Notes under the pieces: model-generated
What the model was told of the DNA's origin: nothing
The model's database searches: none
Seen by the model: the letters and a program-made list of their open reading frames with translations, nothing else
Made by a program: the position numbers and the translations under genes
Origin: Desulfobacterales bacterium
GTDB lineage: Bacteria; Desulfobacterota; Desulfobacteria; Desulfobacterales; JAHIVH01
Assembly: GCA_020056645.1 (NCBI GenBank)
Contig: JAGVHJ010000422.1
Coordinates: 1-37,459, forward strand
Direction of reading: 5' to 3'
Length of the DNA: 37,459 nucleotides
Part shown: piece after piece, positions 15,030 to 23,409 of the stretch
How the letters are laid out: the number at the start of each line of letters is the position of its first letter
Position numbering within the stretch: the first letter of the stretch is position 1

Positions 15030-15590
15030 ATGACCACAAAACAGAACGGATTTTTTTCCAGGCTGTGTCAGGCAGCCGCAGCCCTTGGAGGCTCTCCGGA
15101 ACCGGAAAGCGCGGCGGGCACAACCCCCCCCGATGAGCCCTCTCGCCTCAAATCCCATATCCGAACCCTTGAGTTGGACATCGAAGAACGGGAGACCCGG
15201 ATCAAGACCATGCAGAAGGAGTTCGACCATTTCAGCCGTCAGGCAGAACGTGACAGGGAGGGCGCAGGGTCCGCAGAAATTCAGGCCCTTGCCAAGAGAC
15301 TTGCGCCGATCCTTTCCCAGGTTCCCACCATGCGGGCCATGCACGCCGAGGGCGCGCCCGTCCGGCAGGAAGATCTGCTCCGGCTGTTTGAAAAAGTGGA
15401 ACGGATTTTACAGGAAACAGGCCTTACGCCCATCGGCCAGGTGGGAGAGAGCGTCCGTTTTGACAGCCGTCTGCACCAGCGGATGAGCGGCGGAGACCTA
15501 AGCGACGGAGGGACCGTGCAGGTCCGGTTTGTGGGATACCACATAAACGATGTGATTCTGACCAAAGCCTTGGTCAGCAGAGAGGATTAA
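15030..15590 (+). CDS. GrpE-like nucleotide-exchange factor (186 aa)
   Basis: N-terminal coiled coil (IRTLELDIEERETRIKTMQKEF). C-terminal GrpE-type beta domain: GLTPIGQVGESVRFDSRLHQRM ... VQVRFVGYHINDVILTKALVS. RBS GGAGG. Confidence 0.7.
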   Translation: MTTKQNGFFSRLCQAAAALGGSPEPESAAGTTPPDEPSRLKSHIRTLELDIEERETRIKTMQKEFDHFSRQAERDREGAGSAEIQALAKRLAPILSQVPTMRAMHAEGAPVRQEDLLRLFEKVERILQETGLTPIGQVGESVRFDSRLHQRMSGGDLSDGGTVQVRFVGYHINDVILTKALVSRED

Positions 15591-15593
15591 CCC

Positions 15594-17210
15594 ATGGCCA
15601 TTGCCCTTGATTTCGGGACATGCAACACCGTCATCGCCCGTTGGAATGATACCCTTGAAACCGTCGAGTATATCCGGCTGGACTCCCTGACCCGGACCTT
15701 TACCTACCGGATTCCCGGAACCGGGACGGATAAAAAAGCCTATGTGGTCCCCTCCCTCATCCACTACGGTGAGGAGGACAGCTACCGGATCGGCGAACAG
15801 GTTCACGCCGCCGGACTGACCGCTGAAAAGGGCTCGTTTCGATGGGTCAAACTGGACATGCTCCAGGGCAACAGGAAAAGTCGGCGGATCAACGGAAAGA
15901 TGATCAGCTACACCGATGCCGCAACCGATCTTCTCAAGCAGATCCTCATGTTTACCGCAGGAAGCAGGGGCGCTGCCGAAGAAGACCTGATCATCACCGT
16001 TCCGGTTGAAGCCTACGACCATTACACAGAATGGATCAGGGACGTTGCAAGCAGCATCTTCACAAGGGACGTTCGGATACTGGATGAAGCCACCGCCTGT
16101 ATCCTGGGATATGCCGAGCGGGTCAAGGACGAAGAGATTTTCGCTGTCGTCGACTTTGGCGGCGGTACCCTGGACGTCTCCATCGTCAAAACCAATCTGA
16201 CCGCTGAAGGTCGTAACAAATGCCGTGTTCTCGGTCGCGCCGGAGAGGAAATCGGCGGCGTGCTGGTGGACAAGTGGATGATGGAGGACCTCAAAAACAA
16301 AGAGGGCATGGACGACCAGGACATCGCCGACATCGGCACCGCCCTCCTTCAGGATATTGAAAACGCCAAAATCGACCTGTCATCGGGGCAAAAGAGCGTG
16401 GACATCACCCGGTACAACGACATCAGCGGCAGACTCATCAGCCACACCTTCACCCAGTATGATCTGGCCCGGATACTTGCCGCAAACGCTGTCCAAAAAA
16501 CCGTTGCCCGAACCATCGAACGGGCCCTTGAGGCTGCCCAGGATAAATACGGAACCAAAAAATCCCAGATCAAGGGTGTGATGATGGCCGGAGGATCGAG
16601 CCTTCTTCTGGGCGTGACCGATACCGTCAAAACCTCTTTTCCGAGCAGTGACGTTTACTGCGACAGCCCCTTTGAAGCCATTGCCGGTGGGGCATGCCGG
16701 TTCATGGGCGAAGACCTGATTCCCACCCTGGTGCATGACTACTGTCTCAGGATATGGAACCGTGAACAGAAAGAATATGAACTGAAACCCGTGGTTTCAA
16801 AGGGAACCCAGTACCCCACCGAAAAGCCGGTTTCCGTAAAATACCTGAACGCCGCCTGCCATGGTGCAGACTGTCTGGGTATTGTCATCCACGAACGGTC
16901 TTACATGGTCAGGCCCGACAGCACCGTGACCGTGGATGCTTCCGGGAGGATACAGATACAAAAGATCGGAGAGACAGCCCATGAAAATGTCCGGCCCCTG
17001 AATCCCGAGGACCGGCAGTTTGTTTACGCCATCCCGCCGTGCGAACTGGACGACACCAAACGGTTTATCGCCGGATTCGGGGTGGACACGCACAAACGCC
17101 TGACCATTTCCATCAAGGACACCCGGGCGGAAAGCAAATCATACATCAAAACCCGGGCCGGAGAAAAATTTCCGTTACCCGTCAAAGATTTCCCAATAGT
17201 GAGGTTATAA
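15594..17210 (+). CDS. Hsp70-family ATPase (538 aa) with an SBD-beta-like region but apparently no helical lid
   Basis: Phosphate-1 IALDFGTCNTVIA, phosphate-2 AVVDFGGGTLDVSIV, adenosine motif VMMAGGSSLLLGV. The C-terminal LVHDYCLRIWN...VVSKGTQYPTEKPV resembles the DnaK SBD-beta start. It begins 3 nt after the GrpE-like stop. Confidence 0.9.
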   Translation: MAIALDFGTCNTVIARWNDTLETVEYIRLDSLTRTFTYRIPGTGTDKKAYVVPSLIHYGEEDSYRIGEQVHAAGLTAEKGSFRWVKLDMLQGNRKSRRINGKMISYTDAATDLLKQILMFTAGSRGAAEEDLIITVPVEAYDHYTEWIRDVASSIFTRDVRILDEATACILGYAERVKDEEIFAVVDFGGGTLDVSIVKTNLTAEGRNKCRVLGRAGEEIGGVLVDKWMMEDLKNKEGMDDQDIADIGTALLQDIENAKIDLSSGQKSVDITRYNDISGRLISHTFTQYDLARILAANAVQKTVARTIERALEAAQDKYGTKKSQIKGVMMAGGSSLLLGVTDTVKTSFPSSDVYCDSPFEAIAGGACRFMGEDLIPTLVHDYCLRIWNREQKEYELKPVVSKGTQYPTEKPVSVKYLNAACHGADCLGIVIHERSYMVRPDSTVTVDASGRIQIQKIGETAHENVRPLNPEDRQFVYAIPPCELDDTKRFIAGFGVDTHKRLTISIKDTRAESKSYIKTRAGEKFPLPVKDFPIVRL

Positions 17211-17212
17211 AC

Positions 17213-19546
17213 ATGGACTATGCAAGAGCCTTAAACCCGGAAGAAACTCTGGGCGTGTTTAAAATTGAAAAATTCCTGGGCCGGGGCAATTTCAAAAGCG
17301 TTTATCTGGCCCGGACCCAGGGAGAAGGAAAGTCGCGTTATCCCGATCACGTCGCCCTTTCTGTGCCCCACATCCAGGACAAGGAGAACTGGCGGCTCCT
17401 TGAAAACGAATACCGGATGATCAAGGGCCTGGATCATCCCGGCATCGTGAAAGCATACGGTCTTGAATCCGACAAGACTTGTTTTTTCATCGTCATGGAA
17501 GTCGTCGAAGGAGAAACTCTGGACCATCTTCTGGCCAGGAAGGGGGCTGCTCTTCCCCTGGATGAGGCGATATCAATCATTCGCAAGGCTGGGCTTGCTA
17601 TCGATTACGCCCATGAATGCCTGGCCATCCACCGGGACCTGAAACCCGAGAATATCATTGTTTGCCCGGACGGCGCGGTCAAACTTCTGGACTTCGGTCT
17701 CGCGCGGCTCATGGCCCATTCCAAATACAAGGCCGCAACCCGTGTGGGAACCATGGCTTATATGCCCCCTGAACAGTTCGAGGGCGCAGCGGGTCTGAAC
17801 GCCGATATTTGGTCCCTGGGCATGACCTTTTACCATCTGATCACCCGAACCCTCCCATTTACGTCCGACAATGAAGGCGCCTTGCTCTATCAGATCCTCA
17901 ATGCCCCCCCGAACATGGAGCCCATCGACCATCTCGGCCATGACCCCAGGCTTTCAGGCGTCATCAGTAAAGCCCTTTCCAAAGATCCGGAAAAACGGTA
18001 CATGAAAGCCGCCGCGTTTATCGAAGACCTGCAAGCCGTGGCCAGGCACGCAGCCGCCATCACCACCGCCGAAGGAGAAATCGAGGCCGTTCTTCGGGCA
18101 CATTTCCCCCTGATCTACATCCAGACCTTTGAAGAAGACCGCACCCTGGAATCCCTGGAACGGATCAGGCGTCTGATGTCCGGTGCCCGTGAGGTGGGGC
18201 TTTATATCTGGAGTGAAACCCGTGGATTAAGAGACTCGGAAGGACACGCCCTTGCTGCAGAAACCGCCGGCGACCCCCTTGTGGCTTTAAAACACGTTAT
18301 CCGTTCCGATGCCGAGGGGATTTACGTGTTTCTGGACATCCACCGCCATCTCACCCCTGTGGCCGTAAGGCTCGTGCGGGACGCCATCTGGTCCGTGAAA
18401 CGGCACCGGAAAAGCCTGGTGTTTCTCTCACCCGTCGTGACCATCCCCAAAGAGCTGGAATCGGACACCACCCTCATGTTCTATCACCTGCCCGACATGG
18501 AACAGCTGAAAGAACTCGCGATATTCCTTTCCCGTGAACAGAAAACACCCGATGGAACCGATCCGGGAGTCGTTTCCGAAGCCGTGGCCAGGGCGCTTCT
18601 CGGGCTCACCCGTGTTGAAGCCGAACGGGTGCTCAACCGAAGCATGATCAGAACCGGTGGGTTCAGCCAAGACTGCGTTCTTGAAGTTCTGGGAGAAAAA
18701 CAGCAGATCGTCCGCAAGGCGGGGCTTCTTGAATTTTACCCCCCAACCGTCGGATTTGACGACGTGGGCGGCCTGAACGGACTTAAAGAGTGGTTCGGCA
18801 AAAGACGCCAGGCCTTTACCGGATCAGGAAAGCTTTACGGTCTTCCCGCCCCCAAAGGCGTTGTGCTGGCAGGAGCCCCCGGATGCGGTAAGAGCCTCTC
18901 CGCCAAGGCCCTGGCCACGGAATGGGGCGTTCCCCTGCTCCGGCTTGACATGGGGCGGATCTACTCTTCTCTTCTGGGATCATCCGAAGCCAACCTCCGA
19001 AAAGCCCTCCACACCGCAGAAGCCGTGAGCCCTTGTATTCTCTGGATTGATGAATTGGAAAAAGCGTTCGGCAGCAGCGGGGCCGGACTTGACGGCGGCG
19101 TGGCCAAACGGGTGTTCGGCGCCTTTTTAAACTGGCTGGAAGAACGGACATCCCCCGTGTTCGTGGCCGCCACCGCCAACAGCATCACCCGGCTTCCTCC
19201 GGAATTCACCCGGAAAGGCCGGTTCGATGATGTGTTTTTCGTGGGACTTCCAGGCAAAGAGGAACGAAGGGCCATATTTTCTGTTCACCTTCGAAGGAAA
19301 GGACGCCAGGAGAAAGATTTTGATCTGGCCCTTCTTTCTGAAAAAAGCGATGGGTTTTCTGGAGCGGAGATCGAAGAATCCGTGATCTCCGCCCTGTATC
19401 AGGCCTTTGAAGAGGGGGAGCGGCCCCTTGGAACCGATGATATGCTGAACACCCTGGCCGCGACCGTTCCCATGTCCCGGTCGAGAAGCTGGGAAATGGA
19501 GGCGCTTCACCAGTGGGCAGCGGTGAACGCCCGGTCGGCGAAATAA
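17213..19546 (+). CDS. Hanks-type Ser/Thr protein kinase fused to a Ycf46-like AAA+ ATPase (777 aa)
   Basis: ATG 17213 lies 3 nt after the Hsp70 stop. Kinase: GRGNFKSVY, HRDLKPENI, DFGLARL, GTMAYMPPEQ, DIWSLGMTFYHL. Ycf46-like N-domain: FPLIYIQTFEEDRTLESLERI. AAA: [78 protein letters not shown]. Confidence 0.9.
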   Translation: MDYARALNPEETLGVFKIEKFLGRGNFKSVYLARTQGEGKSRYPDHVALSVPHIQDKENWRLLENEYRMIKGLDHPGIVKAYGLESDKTCFFIVMEVVEGETLDHLLARKGAALPLDEAISIIRKAGLAIDYAHECLAIHRDLKPENIIVCPDGAVKLLDFGLARLMAHSKYKAATRVGTMAYMPPEQFEGAAGLNADIWSLGMTFYHLITRTLPFTSDNEGALLYQILNAPPNMEPIDHLGHDPRLSGVISKALSKDPEKRYMKAAAFIEDLQAVARHAAAITTAEGEIEAVLRAHFPLIYIQTFEEDRTLESLERIRRLMSGAREVGLYIWSETRGLRDSEGHALAAETAGDPLVALKHVIRSDAEGIYVFLDIHRHLTPVAVRLVRDAIWSVKRHRKSLVFLSPVVTIPKELESDTTLMFYHLPDMEQLKELAIFLSREQKTPDGTDPGVVSEAVARALLGLTRVEAERVLNRSMIRTGGFSQDCVLEVLGEKQQIVRKAGLLEFYPPTVGFDDVGGLNGLKEWFGKRRQAFTGSGKLYGLPAPKGVVLAGAPGCGKSLSAKALATEWGVPLLRLDMGRIYSSLLGSSEANLRKALHTAEAVSPCILWIDELEKAFGSSGAGLDGGVAKRVFGAFLNWLEERTSPVFVAATANSITRLPPEFTRKGRFDDVFFVGLPGKEERRAIFSVHLRRKGRQEKDFDLALLSEKSDGFSGAEIEESVISALYQAFEEGERPLGTDDMLNTLAATVPMSRSRSWEMEALHQWAAVNARSAK

Positions 19547-19577
19547 GAGACCTATGTTGAATCAAGGAATCTGAATA

Positions 19578-20441
19578 ATGAATGGAAACGCAATTCCCAA
19601 AGGGCTTGAGTGGGTGAAATATTACAAACCGGAGATTCAACAGGTAGTACAGCACCCGTTGATCATAAACCAGAAAGACACCTCTCTTCTGGTGTGGATT
19701 CCACCCGGCGAGTTTGAGATGGGGGATGGGAAGGATAATGATTGTCCCAGACACCGGGTTCATCTGGATGGGTATTACATTGGCGTTTACTGCGTGACGA
19801 ACCGTCAGTACAAGGTCTTTGTGGATGAGACGGGACATCGTCCGCCGGACAAGACAGATTATGGAACCCCGATCTGGAAAGGCAAAAGTTACCCAACAGA
19901 GTACGCGGATCATCCAGTGGTGTGTGTAAGCTGGGAAGACGCCACAGCGTACTGTGCATGGGCAGGGTTGCAGTTACCCACGGAAGCGCAGTGGGAGAAT
20001 TCGGCCCGGGGGCCGTCTGGATTTATTTATCCCTGGGGAAGCGCGTGGGATGAAACCCGGTGCCGGAGCCACAAAAATAAGGCCACCCAGACCACCTGCC
20101 GGGTTTATGATTATCCTGAAGGGATATCGGGGTACGGTACCTACAACCAGAGCGGGAATGTATGGGAGTGGTGCCAGGACTGGTATGGTCCTGATCATTA
20201 TAACACCAGTCCGCGAGAAAATCCTGCTGGCCCATCAACGGGCTCGTACCGCGTGTGTCGCGGCGGCAGCTGGAACTGCGTCATTGCCGACGGCTTTCGG
20301 GCCGCCGACCGGTACAACCGCGACCCGGCGATCCGGTACGACTACTTCGGGTTCCGTGCTTGCCTGCCCCCAGGTCAGCGTCAGTCCGGTCAGGTCAGGC
20401 AGCAAAAGGCGCGGGTGTGGCCCTGGCAGGGGAGGCGGTAG
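19578..20441 (+). CDS. FGE-sulfatase (SUMF1-like) fold protein, copy 2; lacks the catalytic Cys pair
   Basis: Same motif set as copy 1 and long identical nucleotide runs. It has a 9-aa insertion (DKTDYGTPIWKGKSYP). GGSWNCVIADGFR carries one Cys but no C-x4-C. Confidence 0.85.
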   Translation: MNGNAIPKGLEWVKYYKPEIQQVVQHPLIINQKDTSLLVWIPPGEFEMGDGKDNDCPRHRVHLDGYYIGVYCVTNRQYKVFVDETGHRPPDKTDYGTPIWKGKSYPTEYADHPVVCVSWEDATAYCAWAGLQLPTEAQWENSARGPSGFIYPWGSAWDETRCRSHKNKATQTTCRVYDYPEGISGYGTYNQSGNVWEWCQDWYGPDHYNTSPRENPAGPSTGSYRVCRGGSWNCVIADGFRAADRYNRDPAIRYDYFGFRACLPPGQRQSGQVRQQKARVWPWQGRR

Positions 20442-20483
20442 CCGGACCTGACCGTGGGCACACCGATGCCTTTCGCGGGGCCA
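19659..20483 (+). repeat. Dispersed direct repeat, copy B (FGE-fold gene body plus 3' flank)
   Basis: Counterpart of 14088-14885, offset by 5571 nt at the left edge. It contains a 27-nt insertion relative to copy A. Confidence 0.85.
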
Positions 20484-20512
20484 AAAAAAATAAATAACAA
20501 GGAGAATCAACC

Positions 20513-20908
20513 ATGTCACACTTTACAACCATCAAAACCGTGATCAGAAATCAGGTGGTGCTGGAAGACACCTTGCGGTCTCTCCACTATAATTTCCAGT
20601 CCGGAGAATCGGTGCCCATAAGGGGGTATCAGGGGAACAGAACCACCGGCCAGGTGGTGATAAACACCGGGTCTGATTATGACATCGGCTTTCAGCGGCA
20701 GACGGATCAGACATTTGCCGTCTGCGCCGACTGGTGGGGTGTCCAAAAAAGCACCGCCATCCGCGAGGACGAATTCTTACGGGAAGTGAACCAGTCCTAT
20801 ACCCACCAGAACGTAAAACGGGAAGTGTTGGCGCTAGGGCATCTCATCGAATCCGAGAAAGTCCTTGAAAACGGTGAGATCGAAATCGTGGTCTGTGAAA
20901 GAATCTGA
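20513..20908 (+). CDS. DUF1257 (Ycf35-like) family protein (tentative)
   Basis: The N-terminus MSHFTTIKTVIRNQVVLEDTLRSL matches the characteristic MSHF-x-x-IKT start I associate with DUF1257/Ycf35 proteins. RBS AAGGAG. Confidence 0.55.
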   Translation: MSHFTTIKTVIRNQVVLEDTLRSLHYNFQSGESVPIRGYQGNRTTGQVVINTGSDYDIGFQRQTDQTFAVCADWWGVQKSTAIREDEFLREVNQSYTHQNVKREVLALGHLIESEKVLENGEIEIVVCERI

Positions 20909-20925
20909 CAAAAAGGAGTGAGGTC

Positions 20926-21132
20926 ATGAAAAAAATGCGAATCAGAATCGGTAAGGACGGAAAAGCGACCATCGCTGTTGAAGGGGCGGTGGGAACCACC
21001 TGTCTTGAATTTACAAAACAGGTGGAAGAGGCCCTGGGGAATGTGGATAAACGGGTTTACAGCGAAGCGTATCACCAGGACGAGCTGGTGGACACCCTGT
21101 CAGCCAATCTGACTCAGGAGGAATCGCTGTGA
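20926..21132 (+). CDS. DUF2997-like small protein (68 aa, tentative)
   Basis: IRIGKDGKATIAVEGAVGTTCLEFTKQVEEALGNV fits the DUF2997 pattern (DG-x-hydrophobic...G-x-x-G-x-x-C...ALG). The position between DUF1257 and an AAA gene is typical. RBS AAGGAG. Confidence 0.5.
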   Translation: MKKMRIRIGKDGKATIAVEGAVGTTCLEFTKQVEEALGNVDKRVYSEAYHQDELVDTLSANLTQEESL

Positions 21133-22748
21133 GCAAACCAGAAACAGGCGCCATCGGCGACGGGTTCGGCAGGGATCTGGCCGTGTATATCCGGGCGGGA
21201 TATCCGATCATCAATATTATTTCCAGCGAAGAGGACCGGGCTCTGGAGGTCATCGAGGAGATCCGAAAAGACCATACCCTCTGGAAACAGCCCCGTACCC
21301 TGTTTATCTGGACCATCTCCCGTGGGTTCGTGGACATCAACGGAGAGCCGGCCACCAAGGATAAAACCATTCTTCCCGAACAGGCCCTCATGTTCATGGC
21401 CAAGTACGACCAGGCGGCTATTTTCCTGTTCAAGGATTTTCATCCCTATCTCAAAGACGGCCAGCACAAGAACGCCTCCCTCATTGTCCGCATGGTCCGG
21501 GACTTGGTGGGAAGCCAGAAAAACCAGAGTAAAACCATGATCTGGGTCTCCCCCATGCTCCAGATTCCGCAGGAACTGGAAAAGGAGGTGACGGTGCTCG
21601 ATCTTCCGCTGCCCGGAGAAAACGAATACCGACGGATCCTCACGGGGTATATCGACCAGTACAAGGACAACCCCCGGGTCATGATCGATCTGGACGAAGA
21701 GGGCATCGACGGCATGGTCAAGGCCTGCCAGGGCCTCACCCTCTGTGAAGCGGAAAACGCCCTTGCCAAGGCCATCGTCAGCCGGGGGCGGCTGGACAGT
21801 CAGGACATCAAGACCATTTTAGCAGAAAAGGAACAAATCATCCGCAAATCGGGGATTCTGGAATATACCGCCACCGTTGATAATTTCGGCACTGTGGGGG
21901 GCCTGGGGAACCTCAAACTCTGGTTGAAACAGCGAAACCGGGCGTTTTCTCAAAAGGCCCGTGACTTTGGCCTTCCCCATCCCAGAGGTGTCATGCTGGT
22001 GGGCGTCCCCGGCTGCGGTAAAAGCCTCTGCGCCAAGGCTGTGGCCGCCGAATGGCAGAAACCTCTTTTAAAATTCGATCTGGGCCGTGTCTTTGGAAGC
22101 CTTGTGGGCGAGTCGGAAGAGCGGATGAGAAAGGCCCTGAAAACTGCGGAAGAGGTGGCCCCCGCCATTCTCTGGATCGACGAGCTTGAAAAAGGCCTTT
22201 CCGGAGCAGGCGGAAGCGTCGGCGACGGCGGCGTGGGCGCCAGGGTTTTCGGCAACCTTCTCACCTGGATGGAAGAAAAAACAAAACCGGTCTTTGTGGT
22301 GGCCACCGCCAACGACATCACAAGCCTGCCCCCTGAACTTCTCCGGAAAGGCAGGATGGACGAAATTTTTTTCGTTGATCTGCCCACTCCCCAGGAACGG
22401 GCGGAGATCCTGATGATCCATCTGTTCCGGCGCAGACGTGATCACGCCCAGTTTGACATCGCCCGTGTGGTTCACGCCACAGAGGGGTTTAATGGAGCCG
22501 AACTGGAGGAAATAGTTATCAGCGCCATGTATGAAGCCTTCTCCGAAACAGGAAAAGAGATGACAACCGACCATCTTTCCAAAGCCGCAAGTGAGATTGT
22601 TCCGCTGTCGCAATCACGACACCATGACATTGAAGCCCTTCGCCAATGGGCTAAGGCCAACTGCCGCCCCGCAGCGGAACAACCTGGCAAGACCGGAGAA
22701 AAGAGCGATTCGTTGACCGAACGGCGGACCCGTCTCCTGGATCTTTAA
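21129..22748 (+). CDS. Ycf46-like AAA+ ATPase, paralog 2 (539 aa)
   Basis: GTG start overlaps the upstream stop (GTGA). N-domain [21 protein letters not shown]. Walker [40 protein letters not shown]. Walker [40 protein letters not shown]. Confidence 0.9.
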   Translation: MSKPETGAIGDGFGRDLAVYIRAGYPIINIISSEEDRALEVIEEIRKDHTLWKQPRTLFIWTISRGFVDINGEPATKDKTILPEQALMFMAKYDQAAIFLFKDFHPYLKDGQHKNASLIVRMVRDLVGSQKNQSKTMIWVSPMLQIPQELEKEVTVLDLPLPGENEYRRILTGYIDQYKDNPRVMIDLDEEGIDGMVKACQGLTLCEAENALAKAIVSRGRLDSQDIKTILAEKEQIIRKSGILEYTATVDNFGTVGGLGNLKLWLKQRNRAFSQKARDFGLPHPRGVMLVGVPGCGKSLCAKAVAAEWQKPLLKFDLGRVFGSLVGESEERMRKALKTAEEVAPAILWIDELEKGLSGAGGSVGDGGVGARVFGNLLTWMEEKTKPVFVVATANDITSLPPELLRKGRMDEIFFVDLPTPQERAEILMIHLFRRRRDHAQFDIARVVHATEGFNGAELEEIVISAMYEAFSETGKEMTTDHLSKAASEIVPLSQSRHHDIEALRQWAKANCRPAAEQPGKTGEKSDSLTERRTRLLDL

Positions 22749-22759
22749 GGAATAAAACC

Positions 22760-23398
22760 ATGACTGAAGTTCAAATCAGGATTCATCAGCAGACAGAACC
22801 GGAACCGATGGTGTCCGTTGCTGCGGTTCTTACCCGATCACGGGTGAACGGACCCTTTACCCGTGCGGTCCTCTGGGTGCAGGGCTGCCCCCGAAGGTGT
22901 TCCGGATGCTGCAATCCGTTGTTCCAGGAATTTACGGACCACGACCTGCGCACGCCTTTGGATGTGGCTGACATGCTTCTTACGGATCCGGCCATCGAGG
23001 GGATCACTTTTTCAGGTGGGGAACCCTTTTCCCAAGCTTCGGGCCTTGCCATTGTTGCGGAACAGGCCCAAAATACCGGGAAAGGGATGGTGATTTTTAC
23101 GGGCTTCACCTATGCCGAACTTCTTGCCAGCGAAGACCAAGGGATAAAATCGCTGCTTGGCCATACGGACATGCTTGTCGCCGGACCCTACCTGCGAGAT
23201 ATGCCATCCCCCCACCCGCTTCTTGCCAGCGCCAACCAGGAGATCGTTCATCTTACGGATCGCTACCGGAATTGGACGCCCAAGGCTGGAAAACGGGCGG
23301 AGTTTAAAATTAGCGGTGATGGCGCTGTTTTGACGACGGGCCTTGCGGTTTTGGAATTGTCAGGAAACCTGTCATCAGTCAACCTGTTTATAAAATGA
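22760..23398 (+). CDS. Small radical-SAM activating-enzyme-like protein (NrdG/PflA-type, 4Fe-4S single-cluster)
   Basis: SRVNGPFTRAVLWVQGCPRRCSGCCNP contains the C-x3-C-x2-C motif. GITFSGGEPF is a SAM-binding GGE motif. The short length (212 aa) is typical of glycyl-radical-enzyme activases. Confidence 0.75.
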   Translation: MTEVQIRIHQQTEPEPMVSVAAVLTRSRVNGPFTRAVLWVQGCPRRCSGCCNPLFQEFTDHDLRTPLDVADMLLTDPAIEGITFSGGEPFSQASGLAIVAEQAQNTGKGMVIFTGFTYAELLASEDQGIKSLLGHTDMLVAGPYLRDMPSPHPLLASANQEIVHLTDRYRNWTPKAGKRAEFKISGDGAVLTTGLAVLELSGNLSSVNLFIK

Positions 23399-23409
23399 AA
23401 GGAGAAACC

